The notes under the pieces: model-generated
Seen by the model: only the letters and a program-made list of their open reading frames with translations
Databases searched by the model: none
Told to the model about the DNA's origin: nothing
Shown: piece by piece, positions 1-25,549 of the stretch
Layout of the letters: the number at the start of each line of letters is the position of its first letter
How positions within the stretch are numbered: the stretch's first letter is position 1
Assembly (NCBI GenBank): GCA_963693365.1
Contig: CAVNZM010000012.1
Location: 1,612,001-1,676,000, forward strand
Direction of reading: 5' to 3'
Source: Amoebidium appalachense
Lineage: Eukaryota; Protista; Ichthyosporea
Length of the DNA stretch: 64,000 bases
Program-made: the position numbers and the translations under genes

Positions 1-74
1 GGTAACTGTATTCGCCTTATGTCTATTCCATTTCGTCGGGTTTCTTCCGTCCACCACATTCTAATTTACCACTT

Positions 75-104
<30 letters not shown>

Positions 105-108
<4 letters not shown>

Positions 109-1000
109 TTGGGCCCTCTCTGAGAATGGGCTCTGCTTGTACGCATACTGTGGCCCCCCCTCCCCCCTCCCCCCTCCCCCCCCCCCTGTGGATGACGTGC
201 GCCCCCCTGAGGATGGGCTCTGCTCAAGATGTCTCTTTATGTATGGTTTGCATTCTGCATCGTGTTATCCGTTGTTCATGTGTACTTCGTACCTTACGAC
301 GCATTCAAACCCCCCCCCCCCCCCCCCCCCCCCCCCTCCCCCCCCCCCCCCCCCCCCCCCCCCCTGCGCACCGGGACACATGTCACCACTCCGATGCTCG
401 AATCGTAACCCTTCCTCCCTCCCTCCGCTCTCCCCCCCCCCCTCTGGCTGATGTTGCATACTTGAATGTTTGCCTTTGCATGTGTCCTGCACCATGCTTC
501 TCATCGTGCATGCTTACTTCGTACCGTGTTCCGCATTCAAACCCCCCAAGTCTTCTTTCAGAGGTGTCCTTTCAGGACAGACCACTGTGTGGAGACCGCT
601 TTACTTCCATGCAACCGGGCATGGTTGCTCTGTGTCGTGCATCTGTAAGCACATACACATTTTTCGCTGCACTGCTTTAGTTTGCACACACATCTTCACC
701 GTTTTGCTCACCTTGCTTGCATAAGCAACCCTGCTCGTCTTTGATCAAGACGGGTTGACCCTCCCAAGTTCAGTTGATGCTGCTGTCTGTGTTGGAGAGT
801 CGTATATACGCGGGCTAAGGGGTCGAAACTCAGACGCAATTGATGACTTGGGCCCTCCCTGAGGATGGGCTCTGCTTATGACGCATACTGTGCGCATGGC
901 TGATGTTGCATACTTGAATGTTTGCCTTTGCATGTGTCCTGCACCATGCTTCTCATCGTGCATGCTTACTTCGTACCGTGTTCCGCATTCAAACCCCCCC
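105..1000 (+). mobile_element. Cluster of short intronic interspersed-repeat copies (SINE-like/retrozyme-like family)
   Basis: Copies at ~105-150, 207-312, 445-547 and 755-1000 share CTGAG(G/A)ATGGGCTCTGCT and/or TACTTCGTAC..CGCATTCAAACCCC. 445-547 is identical to 897-1000. Homologous copies lie on the minus strand at ~48.5 kb and 54.2-54.9 kb. Confidence 0.6.
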
Positions 1001-1016
1001 CCCCTCCCCCCCTACC

Positions 1017-1065
<49 letters not shown>

Positions 1066-1083
1066 ACACACACACACCCACAG

Positions 1084-2311
<1,228 letters not shown>

Positions 2312-2608
2312 CCATGGCCACGAGTGTGCACCCGACGATTCTATTGTCTTTCCTGGGCAATTTTTTGGAGATCAACAGCAAAACATGCATGAATGACGGT
2401 ATTGTAGTGTTAATTGTTTTGGGCAGGTACGGGCACACAGATTTCACACACACAAACATGCTCACACTAGGAGGCATGCGCACAGGTGTATACCTGTTAC
2501 AACACACCCGTGGAAATATGCACACGTTATAGCTGCATGTGTTGTGTCCCCCCCCCCCCCCCCCCCCCCCCCCCCAAAATCCCAAACCCCCCCAACCCAA
2601 CCCCCCAA

Positions 2609-2661
<53 letters not shown>

Positions 2662-3190
2662 AACTTGTTGAAGGACATGCACGATTTTTCACTTCCGCTC
2701 TCAAAGCAGTTTAGTATGGCATATGAATTACTTGAACATTGCACCCTGGTGATGTTTTTTTTTTTTTTTTTTTTTGTTATTTGTTGCTTTGTATCGATGT
2801 TTTCATCGTAGTCTCCTAACTTTTCCAGTTGTCACCGGGGTGATTGTGGTATGACGTGATAGGTTGGAAAAGTTGTAAATATTTCGCTTCCAGTGATATC
2901 GATGTAGCCCCTGCAAAGCAATCAGACTACATGTGTTAGAGTTGATAGTGGTTGGTTTGTCCTCCAGCTGGCACTGGTGGTACCCAAAATATGTATTTAT
3001 CATGTGATAATTTTAATTTTTTTTCTGGCGGCTTCTAATCTTGCTTCCACTTCCGTGGCCCTACCTCGCACCCCCGGCTCCTGCGCACACGGCCATACAT
3101 GTGCACACTATCAGGCAGGCGCAAACACACACACACACACACTCTCTCTCTCTCTCTCTCCCTCCCTCTCTCTCTCTCTCTTTCTCTCTG

Positions 3191-3291
<101 letters not shown>

Positions 3292-3354
3292 CTCTCCCTT
3301 TTTCCCCCTGCCACACACACACACACACACCGCCCCTACCCCCCTCCAAAACAC

Positions 3355-3459
3355 ACACGTACACACACACACACAGGTTGTCATTGTGTTTCCTGGTCAC
3401 TGGTTAGAGAGACGGTCACAGGAAACACAATGACAACCTGTGTGTGTGTGTGTACGTGT
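3355..3459. repeat. Perfect 41-bp inverted repeat with a 23-nt loop (hairpin)
   Basis: 3355-3395 (acacgtacacacacacacacaggttgtcattgtgtttcctg) is the exact reverse complement of 3419-3459. Confidence 0.9.
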
Positions 3460-3851
3460 CCTGATGACCCCGGCTGGCCGCGGACTAAGTAGTGAGTAGA
3501 CCCATGAATTCCATCAAAATAGTTTCTTGCTTGCACATGCGCATGCCAGGCCTGCAGCCAAAGCTGCCGTACCGTGTTATTATATAGGCAACAAAACCGC
3601 TACAAAACAGCGCATACATAGTCACAATAGGGTTTTCTATATGAGTATGCCTAACGGCTACAGAAAATTCTTATTTGTTTTGCGCCTTCTGTGTATTAGT
3701 ATGGCATAACATAGACAGAAAGAAAGGCATATAAAAGCGCGCTCCAGCTGATATTACTGAGCCGTTCCCAGGATCCACCAATTGAAAGCGTTAAAAGGTT
3801 TTACCGCATTGCTTTTCGCCTTATTTGGTAATATTCCTATATTATCCGCTG

Positions 3852-3919
3852 CCAATCAGAAACGCAAGAATTCTCACCAACCAATCAGATCAAGATAGGG
3901 GTCCTTGGTTTTTCATTGG
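3852..3919. promoter_or_regulatory. Cluster of CCAAT boxes upstream of the ATP-grasp gene
   Basis: CCAATCAGA at 3852 and 3881, and ATTGG at 3915, in an AT-rich repeat-free stretch ~450 bp upstream of ATG 4336. These could alternatively be transposon subterminal motifs. Confidence 0.3.
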
Positions 3920-4335
3920 CTGATGATACTCCGCTAGGACCTAGATTTGCCTCCTCGTATATCCTTTGAGTATCTAGATGTACATGTACTTAAAGAATAT
4001 GGCATCTTTGTACAGCAATCCACGCCTTTAAACAATATGTATAAATGTATGTCAAATAAAATTATCAATTATAAAAATCAGCCAAGTTGTGTGTATATAG
4101 ATGAGGCTGTTGCTTTTTAATAATTATTAGGCTGTACTCATTCTTTTCTGTTTCTTGTTTCCTGAAAGCTTTTTAGATAACTACTTCGAATGTTGACATT
4201 GAGATGCATTCCTGAAATCGCTATACAACCCAACTGTCTATAAAAACCCATGGATACACAATTTGTTTTCAGTTTCCTCGTCTTACCGGCGTGTTCCCTA
4301 CTCTTTGCACACAAGTTTCCAAACACACACTCGAA

Positions 4336-5809
4336 ATGTCTAACATCGACGTTAGCAAGCTTACAGGCCAGGATGAAGCCACCCAGGCTCTCCGCATTCA
4401 GGCCGCAAAAGGGCGCAAACTTCTTTGGCTTACCGTGACCTATTCCTCTTGGGGCGGTGTTCAGTCCACCCTCGGGGAAGCCCTTCCCCTCGGTATTATC
4501 CCTTACTTGGTCTTTAGTGATTCCGACGCTGGGCGCGCTCTCGAGCAGAAATGCCGTGAGGCGGGTTACCTTGACAACAGCTGCGCCATCTTTGCCGACA
4601 TGGCAGATGAAGACACGGCCGGTGATAACATCCTCGCCGCCACCCGGGCAGCCGGCGTCGACCCGAAGGACCTTAACGGCGTGTTTTCGCCCTACGAACA
4701 TGCACAGACTCTCGTCGGGGAGTTGACGGAGAAACTGGGCCTGAAAGGTAACACCAAGGCGGCTAACGTGCACGCACGCAACAAGCTGCAGTCACGTGAG
4801 GTGTGCCGTGCCGCCGGCATCCCTACCCCCCGGTGCCATGCGTGTTCGTAACCACGACGACCTGAAACGGGTGGAGACGGAGTTGGGTTTCCCTGTTGTG
4901 CTTAAACCCCAGTCTGGCGCCGGTTCGGATGGTGTCTACAAGTGCCACAATTTCGACGAGTTAAAGGAATGTTTTGACAAGGCAGACGCAGCCATGCGCA
5001 ACAGCATCATCCTCAACTGGAACCCAGGATGTGAGGAGGGTATCCTCGTCGAGAACTACCTAGACGGAGATGAGTTTGATGTTGACCTTCTGTTCTCTGA
5101 TGGTGAGTGTGTCTACGGCAACGCAAACGACAACTGGCCCACTATGGAGCCCACCTTCCTCGAGACAGGCAGCAATGCCCCTTCGCTCTACTCTGCCGAG
5201 GAGCAGAAAGAGCTCGTTGATTACGCCATTGCCTGTGTGAAGGCCCTCGGGTTCAAGATAGGTTGCTTCCACGTCGAGTGCAAATACACAAAGAACACGC
5301 TTCTTCGCGATGTTAACGGTGTCAAAAAGGGCCAGCCCATGTTGATCGAGGTCAATCCCCGCCTGGGCGGCGGCCGCACCAACCTCCTCCACAAGGAGGT
5401 GTTTAGCGTCAATTTGCAGCAGGAATTCGTTCTCGTGTCTGCCGGCATTCCCATCAACCCACCCAGAATCACCCACCCAACATGCGGTGTCGCCGACTAC
5501 TGCTACTGTGCCCCGCAAACCGGTTTCCTTGCCCACACTCGCTTCCTGGATCACCTGAAGGACCACCCCGACGTCATCTACCAGCTTGTCACCAAGCAGG
5601 CTGGTGACAAGGTCAAGGGCTACGACACGGGTATCCCCGAGTGGGTTGCGTTCTTGGCTGTTAAGAAGCAGAACGTTCACGATGCCATTAAGCTGCTGAA
5701 TGAGCTTCTGGAAACGGTCCACATTCCCATCGTGGCTACCCCAGAGGCAGCGGAGAAGCCACAGGCTGCTGTAACGGCATCAGCAACATCGGGAGCAACG
5801 ACGTTTTGA
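4336..5809 (+). CDS. ATP-grasp ligase (L-amino-acid ligase / carnosine-synthase-like), intronless, ~490 aa, with an apparent +1 frameshift at 4826-4831
   Basis: ORFs 4291-4851 and 4796-5809 join on removing one C from the C6 run (GIPTP|GAMRVRNHDDL). ATP-grasp motifs are ARNKLQSREVCRAAGIPTP, GFPVVLKPQSGAGSDGV, ILVENYLDGDEFDVD, GCFHVECK and LIEVNPRLGGG. Confidence 0.9.
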
Positions 5810-6202
5810 GCCTGTTTTGATAGTAGGAGTGGTTTCCCCACCCTAAGATGGAGTTTAAGGATGTCGTGGTTTGAGCAGCTTTTGTAGCTCTAAGGATTAA
5901 AGTGGTTTTATGGATTACTACGTAGATGAATTTAAAGTCGATATTTTTAATTGCTTTAATGAAACTAGATATGTTCTCGAGCTTCATACTTGTATCAGTC
6001 AGAGTTTGCTTCGTTCAGTCGGGATATAAATAGTAAAACTGGTACTAGCGGTGTCTATTAATAGTCCTCCTACGGGCACAATAAGGCCCAGTGATGTAGC
6101 AGTTGGCTTGGCCCTCTGGTTTAGGGCCTGCCATCCACTTAAAGACCATTTAAACTTTAAAAGGAATCCAGCGGAAGCTTTTGACATTGTCCCCTCCCCC
6201 CC

Positions 6203-6233
<31 letters not shown>

Positions 6234-7463
6234 ACACACACACACCCACTCAACTACAATCGTTTTTCAACAGCATCCCCCCCTGACCCTTTTCCTTCCC
6301 CCCCTACCACCCCCACCACCCACCCTCCCCCCTGTTGTTTCTAGTCGTCCCAAAATACACTGCACACCCTCCCAACCCCATCCCCCCCCTCCCCCCCCCC
6401 CCCCCCCCCTCCGAGGGGATCCACCCGTTTTCAACCAACTCCTCCCGGCCACCTGATCTCCCGGGTGACATGAACACATGTAGCACACAAAATCAACACA
6501 AGAACAAACACGTGGGGGCGCACACACACGTGTGCACACAAAGTATTAACGCACACACTCACACTCACTCACACTTGCTCGCTCACGCGTGTCGCACACA
6601 CCTGACTTATCACGATGTAATAACTGTTCAACTTTGAATATATGTAAGCGCACGTCGAACATCATGTACGTGACGAAAGAGATAGCCCTAGTTATTAGCT
6701 GTGTCCCCGCGAGGGTAGAGGGGGGGGGGGGGGGGGAGGGGGAGGGGGGGGGGGGGGGGGGGGGGGGCATCCACGCACACATAAACCAAAAAGAAAAAAA
6801 GAATTTCAAGAGTTTCAAGCGTTATTATTTCACCATGTGTTATATTTACCCCCCGTCCCCCCGCCGAGCCCCCCCCCCCCCCCCCCCCCCCCCCCCGCGG
6901 CCTCCAAAGGTCTCTGTCCCTGGCCCCTTCCTACTTTTCCCCCGCTCGATTGAGCCCCCCGGCCTCCCCCTCCCCCCCCCCCCCCCCCCCCCCGTTCCCC
7001 TCACCTTCAACGCACCAGGCCCTCCGGGACTAGTACTTGCAACCCCCTCTCCATCCCCCCCCCCCCCCCCTCCCCCCCCCCTCTCCCCTCCCCCCTCCCT
7101 CCCGCCCCCGCCCCCCGCTCCCTCCCAACAAACCACCACGTGCACCACGTGACCACCTGATCCACAACCATTCTAGATTTGTGAAGGCGCTGCTCGGAGG
7201 CTGCAACAGGCATCTATTAATTACATCGAATGAAACTAATTAATTACATCGAATGGAAACTAAACTAGGCTATGCTCCACCCCGCAGCCAGTCAAACCAT
7301 GCCCACACCCTCCCTCCCCCCCCCCCTTCCCCCCCCCCCCCCCCCCCCCCCCCGCCCCCCCTCCCCCCGGAAGTTCCCCACACACATGCACACACAAAGA
7401 CAATATATATTAATCAATGCACCGTATTAGAAGCCGGAAACTGTTACAAACCAACTATTGCGA

Positions 7464-7529
<66 letters not shown>

Positions 7530-7661
7530 ACAACTCCCCCTCCCCTTCCCCCCCGGACCACCACCACCACCGTGATGGTCACCACCAACCAAAAAAACTT
7601 ATACAAAATTAGAAAAAATAGAAATCAAAAAGGAAACTTTAAACTTGGCAAGGAGACCAGT

Positions 7662-7698
<37 letters not shown>

Positions 7699-7781
7699 AC
7701 CACCACCACCACCACCACACCACCACCAGCACCACCACTCACCTCCCCATCTCGAGCCCACTCCCTCCCCCTCCCCACACA

Positions 7782-7833
<52 letters not shown>

Positions 7834-8980
7834 CATGCACACATGCAGAGGAGGTGAACGTACACACTAACATGCACTCATTGCACGCACACACACACAC
7901 ACGCACACGTGCACGCACACACACATGCACACACACGCGCGCGCGCTCGTGTCAAACTGCACAACACACGAATACACGCACGCACGCACGTACGCACGGT
8001 GTCATGATGGTCATGCACGGGGCTTGCCAAACGTACATGCCCGTGATTTACGGCATAATATGCATGTACATGTGTGAATTCCGAGGCTGAGTATACGGCC
8101 ACACGTGTTGCAAGCGCATGTATGTACATGTTTACACCACTGCTACTGAACTCATGACTTGCTGGCATCATTAATACACAGGTTCCGAAGCCTGTAACTA
8201 CTCTTGCCGTTTCAGTGCTATCGCCATATAATAACAAGCACCCTGAGCAAATTGCCGCTGGGACACGCATACGTACGAAAACAAGCTGTGAAACCGAATT
8301 AGCTCCAAACCTCGGGTGTTTTCTGGGTCATCTGATTTATCGTTGGAATGCTTATGGAATGCGCTTCCGTTCCATGGCTAAAGAGGCCGCAGGTGACACT
8401 GTCACAGCCTGAGAGGTCTCCTACAATATATTTCATGCATGCATCACACCTTTGAAGCACATGCATTTATGCTGTAGTACACATGTATGCTTTTGAGAAA
8501 GTATAGGTATTCACTCTGTGGTTTATACTGTGCATTTGTTTTGAGTAATTATTTTTTGAGGGATGTGATAGACTGTACGTAATGTTCTGGCAGAACAACG
8601 ATCTATGTTGTCTAAGGACACTCTCCCCGTCCTCCCTGTTCTCTCGTGATTGCAGCGAATTTTTCATAGTACTAGTCTTCACCCTAAAAAACTGAAATTA
8701 CCCGTGATTCCTTTTATAAATATATATAGATAAGGCTAGCCCGTATTTTCTCAGTATATGTTGCCGATCCTGTTAAAGGTTGCCCTGCATCCCCAGTGAT
8801 TGAGAAAGACCAATGTGAGTAGGCCTAGGGGCGTCATTTTTGGAACATAGCACAGTGCCACAGGCTGTGGAGTCCAAAGAAGAACATGGCTCTAAAGGTA
8901 TGAATGGATGTCTTGGGTGTGTGTGTGGAGGGGGGGGAGCGGGCGGGGGGAGGGGGTGGAGTGAGTGAGTGTGTGTGTGC

Positions 8981-9084
<104 letters not shown>

Positions 9085-9273
9085 CGTGGCGTGTGTGTAC
9101 GTGTGTGTGTGTGTGTGTGTGTTAGTATGAGTGTGAGTGTGAGTGTGTGTGGGTGTGTTTGTACGTGCATGTGCATGCCGCACTTTCCCCGGACTTGTGC
9201 TCGTGTTCCTGTGTGATAGGCTGGATTGTTGGGATGTGAGCAGGCAACATACCAAGCCGTGTACTGTTACAGT

Positions 9274-17679
<8,406 letters not shown>

Positions 17680-19020
17680 GCACGCACACACGAAATAAAA
17701 TTGCAGCCACATAAGTTCTCAGATACACACACACACGGTGGTGTATTTTGTAGTGTATTCACTGTATTTTCGTATACTTATGTTGTGTGTCGGTGTGTGT
17801 AGGTGTACAAGAGCAGACCGTGTAAAACCAGCTATGCTATACTGTGCTCAGCCAACAGTAGTTACACCAAAGAGGGGTGAGGCCTGGGGAGGCCGTCACC
17901 ACACCCCCATATCTACTGTGTGGTCTAGAATGGATCTAGTGGACTAGCGCTAAAGTCCCTGCCCCAGGCGTCCTTATAGCTAAGCGTGCTGGTGTTGCCG
18001 GTGTGTGGCGTGTGTGCTAACCCCCTAAGCACAGACGAGAAACTTTACGGGAACTGCTGTACACTGCAAAGAAGTTGTGTGTGTGTGGTGTGATGAGTTC
18101 GGGCTACAGTTTTTCGATAGCTTGCTATCAGGACATGATCTATTCCTATTGGTCGAAAGTTGAATGTGGATATATGGGTGTATTTCTGATATCTCATTGG
18201 TGACTAACACTATGCATTTATCCAATCCGAAAATAGCAATTGTTCAACCGTGTTCATCTATGGTACGTGGGTTCATTGTACATTAGGAGCTATCTAATAA
18301 CGTAAACATAAACAAATATTAAATTATAAAAATACTATTGAACCAGAAACCGAACTAGTTTAGAGATGAATCAACATTTTACATGCAACCAAAATTCAAA
18401 ATATATTTACAAGTTAGAATTTTGAGATACGTACATATCCTTTCCCACAGATCTATGGTCTAGAGATTGATCTATTTCCGATATACGGGTGTCTGCGTGT
18501 ATACGTGTGTGTAGGTGTTTGTGTGTGCATGGCGTGGGTATGTTGTATGTGATTGTGGGTGTGTGTTATGCAGACCGGGTTGTTGGGTTGGGTGGGGGGG
18601 GGGGGGGGGGGGGGGGGAGAAGGGGGGGGGGGGGGAGGGGGAGGGAAGGGGGAGAAGGGGAGAGAAGAGGAGAGAAACAGGGATGGAGGAGGGAGAGGTG
18701 GGAAGGACGGGGAATGGAGGGGAAGGGGGTTGTTTATATCTTAGCTATCACTAACCATATCGAGGTACTAAGGGGGAAAAAAGGGGGGGGAAAGGGTTGG
18801 GGGGGGGGGGGGGGGGGGAAGGGGGAGGGGGGGGCGGGGGCGGTTAGTATAAGGAAGTTAGTATGGTTAGTGGGGTGGGTTAGTGGGATTCCGATGGGGT
18901 CTGTGTGTCTGTGTGTGCTTGTGTACGTGTGTGCGCGTGTTGGTGTGCGCGTGTGTAGATGTGTGTGTGTGTGTGTGGGTGTGTGTGTGTGTGCGTGTTG
19001 GTGTACGCGCGTGCAGATGT

Positions 19021-19094
<74 letters not shown>

Positions 19095-19236
19095 ATGTAT
19101 GTATGTGTGTGTGTGGATGTGAACGTGTATTGGGAGGGGAACTCTGTGGGGCACCCGGTCAGTTGTGTTAGTGGTTAGTAAGGGGGGGGGGGGGGGGTTA
19201 GGTTGAGCAGGGTTGAATCTCAGAGAGTGCATTTAG

Positions 19237-22040
<2,804 letters not shown>

Positions 22041-22319
22041 TAGAAGGCATTTTCCCTTTTTTTCTCTCTCTCTATCTTTTTCCCTTCCTGTTTTGTTTCA
22101 TTGTTGCGAATGATTTGTTAAGTTGCCTCGAATGTCACAGAAGGTCCTTGAAGGGGTTGAGCGAAGTGCTTCTGTTTTGATCGAACGAACGGATTTTGGG
22201 CTAAATAACACATGTACACAGTGTGGATTATATGCATACCAGCACGCTCGGACACATACGCACACAGTCTAATAGACTGTTGGAAGACCAATCATAAGCC
22301 CCACAAGCTGCACACACAT

Positions 22320-22359
<40 letters not shown>

Positions 22360-22895
22360 ATGCAAGCAACACAAGCACATACACAGGCATACATCATGTG
22401 CACGATTGGTCATAATGCAAAGTAAATCATAGCCACAGTATATGTATGTATGCAGCAACATGTACACAAATTCGTACGCAAATTTTGTGGCACCCTTTCT
22501 TGTACGAATCTGAACAACCATTTCCGTTTTTAGATAACACCATGACTATTTCTGTAGTTAAGCAATGAGATGATAAGGCTATAAGGGGCCTCTTGAACCC
22601 TGATATGTACTGTGCAGCAAAATCAAGCTGTTATTAGTAGTGGTTCCATTTGTTTGTTGGTCGAATGCAAGCAGCTTGGGCCAAGTAAACTGTGATTACG
22701 AGCTATGTTGAAGCCCCGACATATTTCAGCGGTACTTGATGATTTTCATTTCGTATAATGAGTTACGTTGATGTGCATATGTACCGGTTTGTGTATTGAA
22801 TGTAAAAGGTACATATGCTACATACGCCAGCTTTGAAGCATGCGCAACAAAAAAATTCCTCAAAGCTTCGGTCATCAAACCATCGGAGTTGCACA

Positions 22896-22939
<44 letters not shown>

Positions 22940-23097
22940 ACCACACACACACACGCACGCACGCACAAAAAAAAAAAAGACATGTCATGCACACACATTA
23001 CTCGCTCACTCACACGGCCGGCTCACTCACCACTCGCTGATGTCGACTCGTTCACTCACTCACCCTGAATCACACACACACACACCCTAGTTCTCCA

Positions 23098-23128
<31 letters not shown>

Positions 23129-24535
23129 ACCCCCAGTTGGGGGGTCCCCCCAACCCCCTGGGCCCCTCCCCCCCCGCCCCGCCCCGCCTCCCCTCCCCCG
23201 GTTCTTCCTGCCCCAGCCTCTCATATTAGCCTAAGAGTAGTAAAGAATCTTGCATATATGTGACATGCATTACTACTAAAAACTCGCGCGTATGCCATGC
23301 AGAATTGTATAGAAAATTCAAGTGCACGTGTCAGTGACACACGCTTGCACACCATATGCATGGCCAAATTAATGGCCTAGAGTTGTGCACGTGTGTTTTT
23401 GTGTGTGCCACCACGGTACATGTGTGTGACAGTTTGTGTGCGGTGTGTGTGTGTGTGTGATGTGTGTGTGTGTGTGCGTGTGTGTGTACACGTGTGTGTG
23501 TGTGTGTGTGCGTGCGTGCGTGTGTGTGTGTATTTGTGTGTGTGCGTGTGTGTGTGTGTATCGTGTGTGTGTGTGTGTGTGGGTCTGTGTGTGCCTGTGT
23601 GTGTCTGTGCACACTTGTGCGTGCAAGTCTGCATCATGCATGGCTTCCTATATACCAACATGCATGCTGGTACCGTAAGGAGGCCTTGGCGCGTATCATA
23701 GTACTGTGTATGACACGTGTAAACTACACATCGACATATGATGTGCACGGTGGTGTTTCGAGCAGGGTTCGAAATTCGAAGTCTATTATGTGGTTCAAGT
23801 CAAGGGAGAACACCCATATCCATGTTTGGTATAATGTAAACACTTCTAGGCCAATCATAATGAATGACGCCCAGTGGACCCCATTCTTTTTATCGTATTT
23901 TTTTATTTTTTTCTTTTGACTGGATTTATTCGACGGAAAGATATGACAAGTATGCACGGCATACTGAGAAGACAATAAAAACTTCACACGAGTTATCCAG
24001 TAACAAGTGCATACTGAGATACCTGAACACTGTGTGAAAATCATATAAATACTCAATGTGACGACCAACAGAATTCAACAAAAAGTCTAAAGTGTTCAAT
24101 ATTTTTTTATAATGACTTCATTGATATGCTCATGAAAAGAGAAGCAATCGTATTTTTGTTAGTGTTTTGTATCATACTAAGCGCTGTATTCTAATAAAAA
24201 GATATTTATATATAAAAATAGTTTATTTTCTTTATTTATGCAGTTATTACATTATTTATACTGTAAAATTTTGCATTTTAAGCTCCCACTGAAGCCTGAT
24301 AGTATCTATGTTGATGATATCCAGTATTTTGGAAATGGGGGTCAAGATGGTTCTACGTTGTCAGTTCCACTTGGGCTGGGCTGGGCGCTTGGCGCAGCGT
24401 CCGCACGCAGCAGTGTGCATAACCTTTTTTGCATAAAACAGCAGGCGTTGAAACGTGTGAGAACAAAATCAGTACTTTTCCCAGCCAACACAACCAATCC
24501 CTCTCTCTCAAACACACACACACACACACATCGGC

Positions 24536-25549
24536 ATGCTACGTGGCCGTCCTCTTCTCGTTTTCACTTTAGTCGCCGTACCCTTTGCATCCTACCTCGT
24601 GCACACCCACAACAAAACATACGCCATGAATCTCGCTTCCGTTCGCGCTGCAAACGCAGCGGCCGGCTCTTTTTCCGGACGTCGTGCCGTAGTGGTGGGG
24701 GCAACGTCCGGAATTGGCCGTGCTGTGGCAGTGCGTCTTGCAAAGGCAGATTTTGATGTTGTTGCTGTCGGGCGGGATGCAAAACGCGGGCAAGAAGTGA
24801 TCGATGAAATGTCTACTGTCGGCAAAGGGAAATATGAGTTTGTGAGTGTTGATGGGTCCCTCGTTGGCAACGCGTACAAGTTCGGCGCTCAGTTCGGAGA
24901 GAAAAACCCCTCGCTGGATGTGCTCGTGTTCACGCAGGGCATCGCAACTACCCAAGGGCGTACTGAGACGTCAGAGGGTCTGGACGTAAAAATGTCTCTC
25001 CATTACTATTCACGCATGGGGTTTGTTGATGCACTTCTGCCGTTGCTTCGCAAGGGAACCTCCCCAAAGGTTCTCTCGGTGCTTTCCGCTGGCGTGCACT
25101 CGGCATATACAAACTGGAAGGAAGACCCTGAACTAAAGCAACATTACTCGCTCAAAAATGCGGCCGACGCAGCTGGTTTCTACAACGACATAGCGCTAGA
25201 TAGTTTCTCCCGCGACCCTGCCAATTCCGCCATCACATTCATCCACGCTGCGCCCGGATTCGTCTCTACCTCATGGGGCACTGAAATGCCCTGGTACATT
25301 AAGCCAGTTGTGCGTGGATTGCAGATTTTTGGAAGGAATGCGAACGATTGCGCTGAGTTCATGGTTGCACCCATTCTTCAGAATTCAGAACCTGGTGGTC
25401 AGAAGTCGGGGTTGAGGCTGATTGGGTCGAATGCGGAGGTGGTTAAGACGGTGAAGGAGCACGAGGGGGCAAGGGAGGAGGTGTGGGCACACACACAGAA
25501 GGTGTTGGAAGGGGTGAAGCAAAAGGTGACGTCAGGTGCAAGCGCGTGA
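24536..25549 (+). CDS. Short-chain dehydrogenase/reductase (SDR), intronless, 337 aa (alternative start ATG 24626)
   Basis: Rossmann motif AVVVGATSGIGRAVA, then LDVLVFTQGI, TSEGLDVKMSLHYYSR, VLSVLSAG and FIHAAPGFVST. This resembles the atypical fungal/protist SDR subfamily. A hydrophobic N-terminal extension (LLVFTLVAVPFASYLV) is possible. Confidence 0.9.
   Translation: MLRGRPLLVFTLVAVPFASYLVHTHNKTYAMNLASVRAANAAAGSFSGRRAVVVGATSGIGRAVAVRLAKADFDVVAVGRDAKRGQEVIDEMSTVGKGKYEFVSVDGSLVGNAYKFGAQFGEKNPSLDVLVFTQGIATTQGRTETSEGLDVKMSLHYYSRMGFVDALLPLLRKGTSPKVLSVLSAGVHSAYTNWKEDPELKQHYSLKNAADAAGFYNDIALDSFSRDPANSAITFIHAAPGFVSTSWGTEMPWYIKPVVRGLQIFGRNANDCAEFMVAPILQNSEPGGQKSGLRLIGSNAEVVKTVKEHEGAREEVWAHTQKVLEGVKQKVTSGASA

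Noticed and set aside
4138-5722. Minus-strand ORFs 4138-4773 and 5060-5722
   Set aside because: Antisense shadows of the ATP-grasp CDS with no recognisable motifs.
5999-8412. Possible small exons (e.g. LITRAISFVTYMMFD on -, VPKPVTTLAVSV.. on +)
   Set aside because: I could not build a phase-consistent model or recognise a family.
23730-23900. NGVHWASFI on the minus strand, resembling a Polinton/adenain cysteine protease
   Set aside because: No following FDS-G or catalytic Cys motif, and no other Polinton genes nearby.
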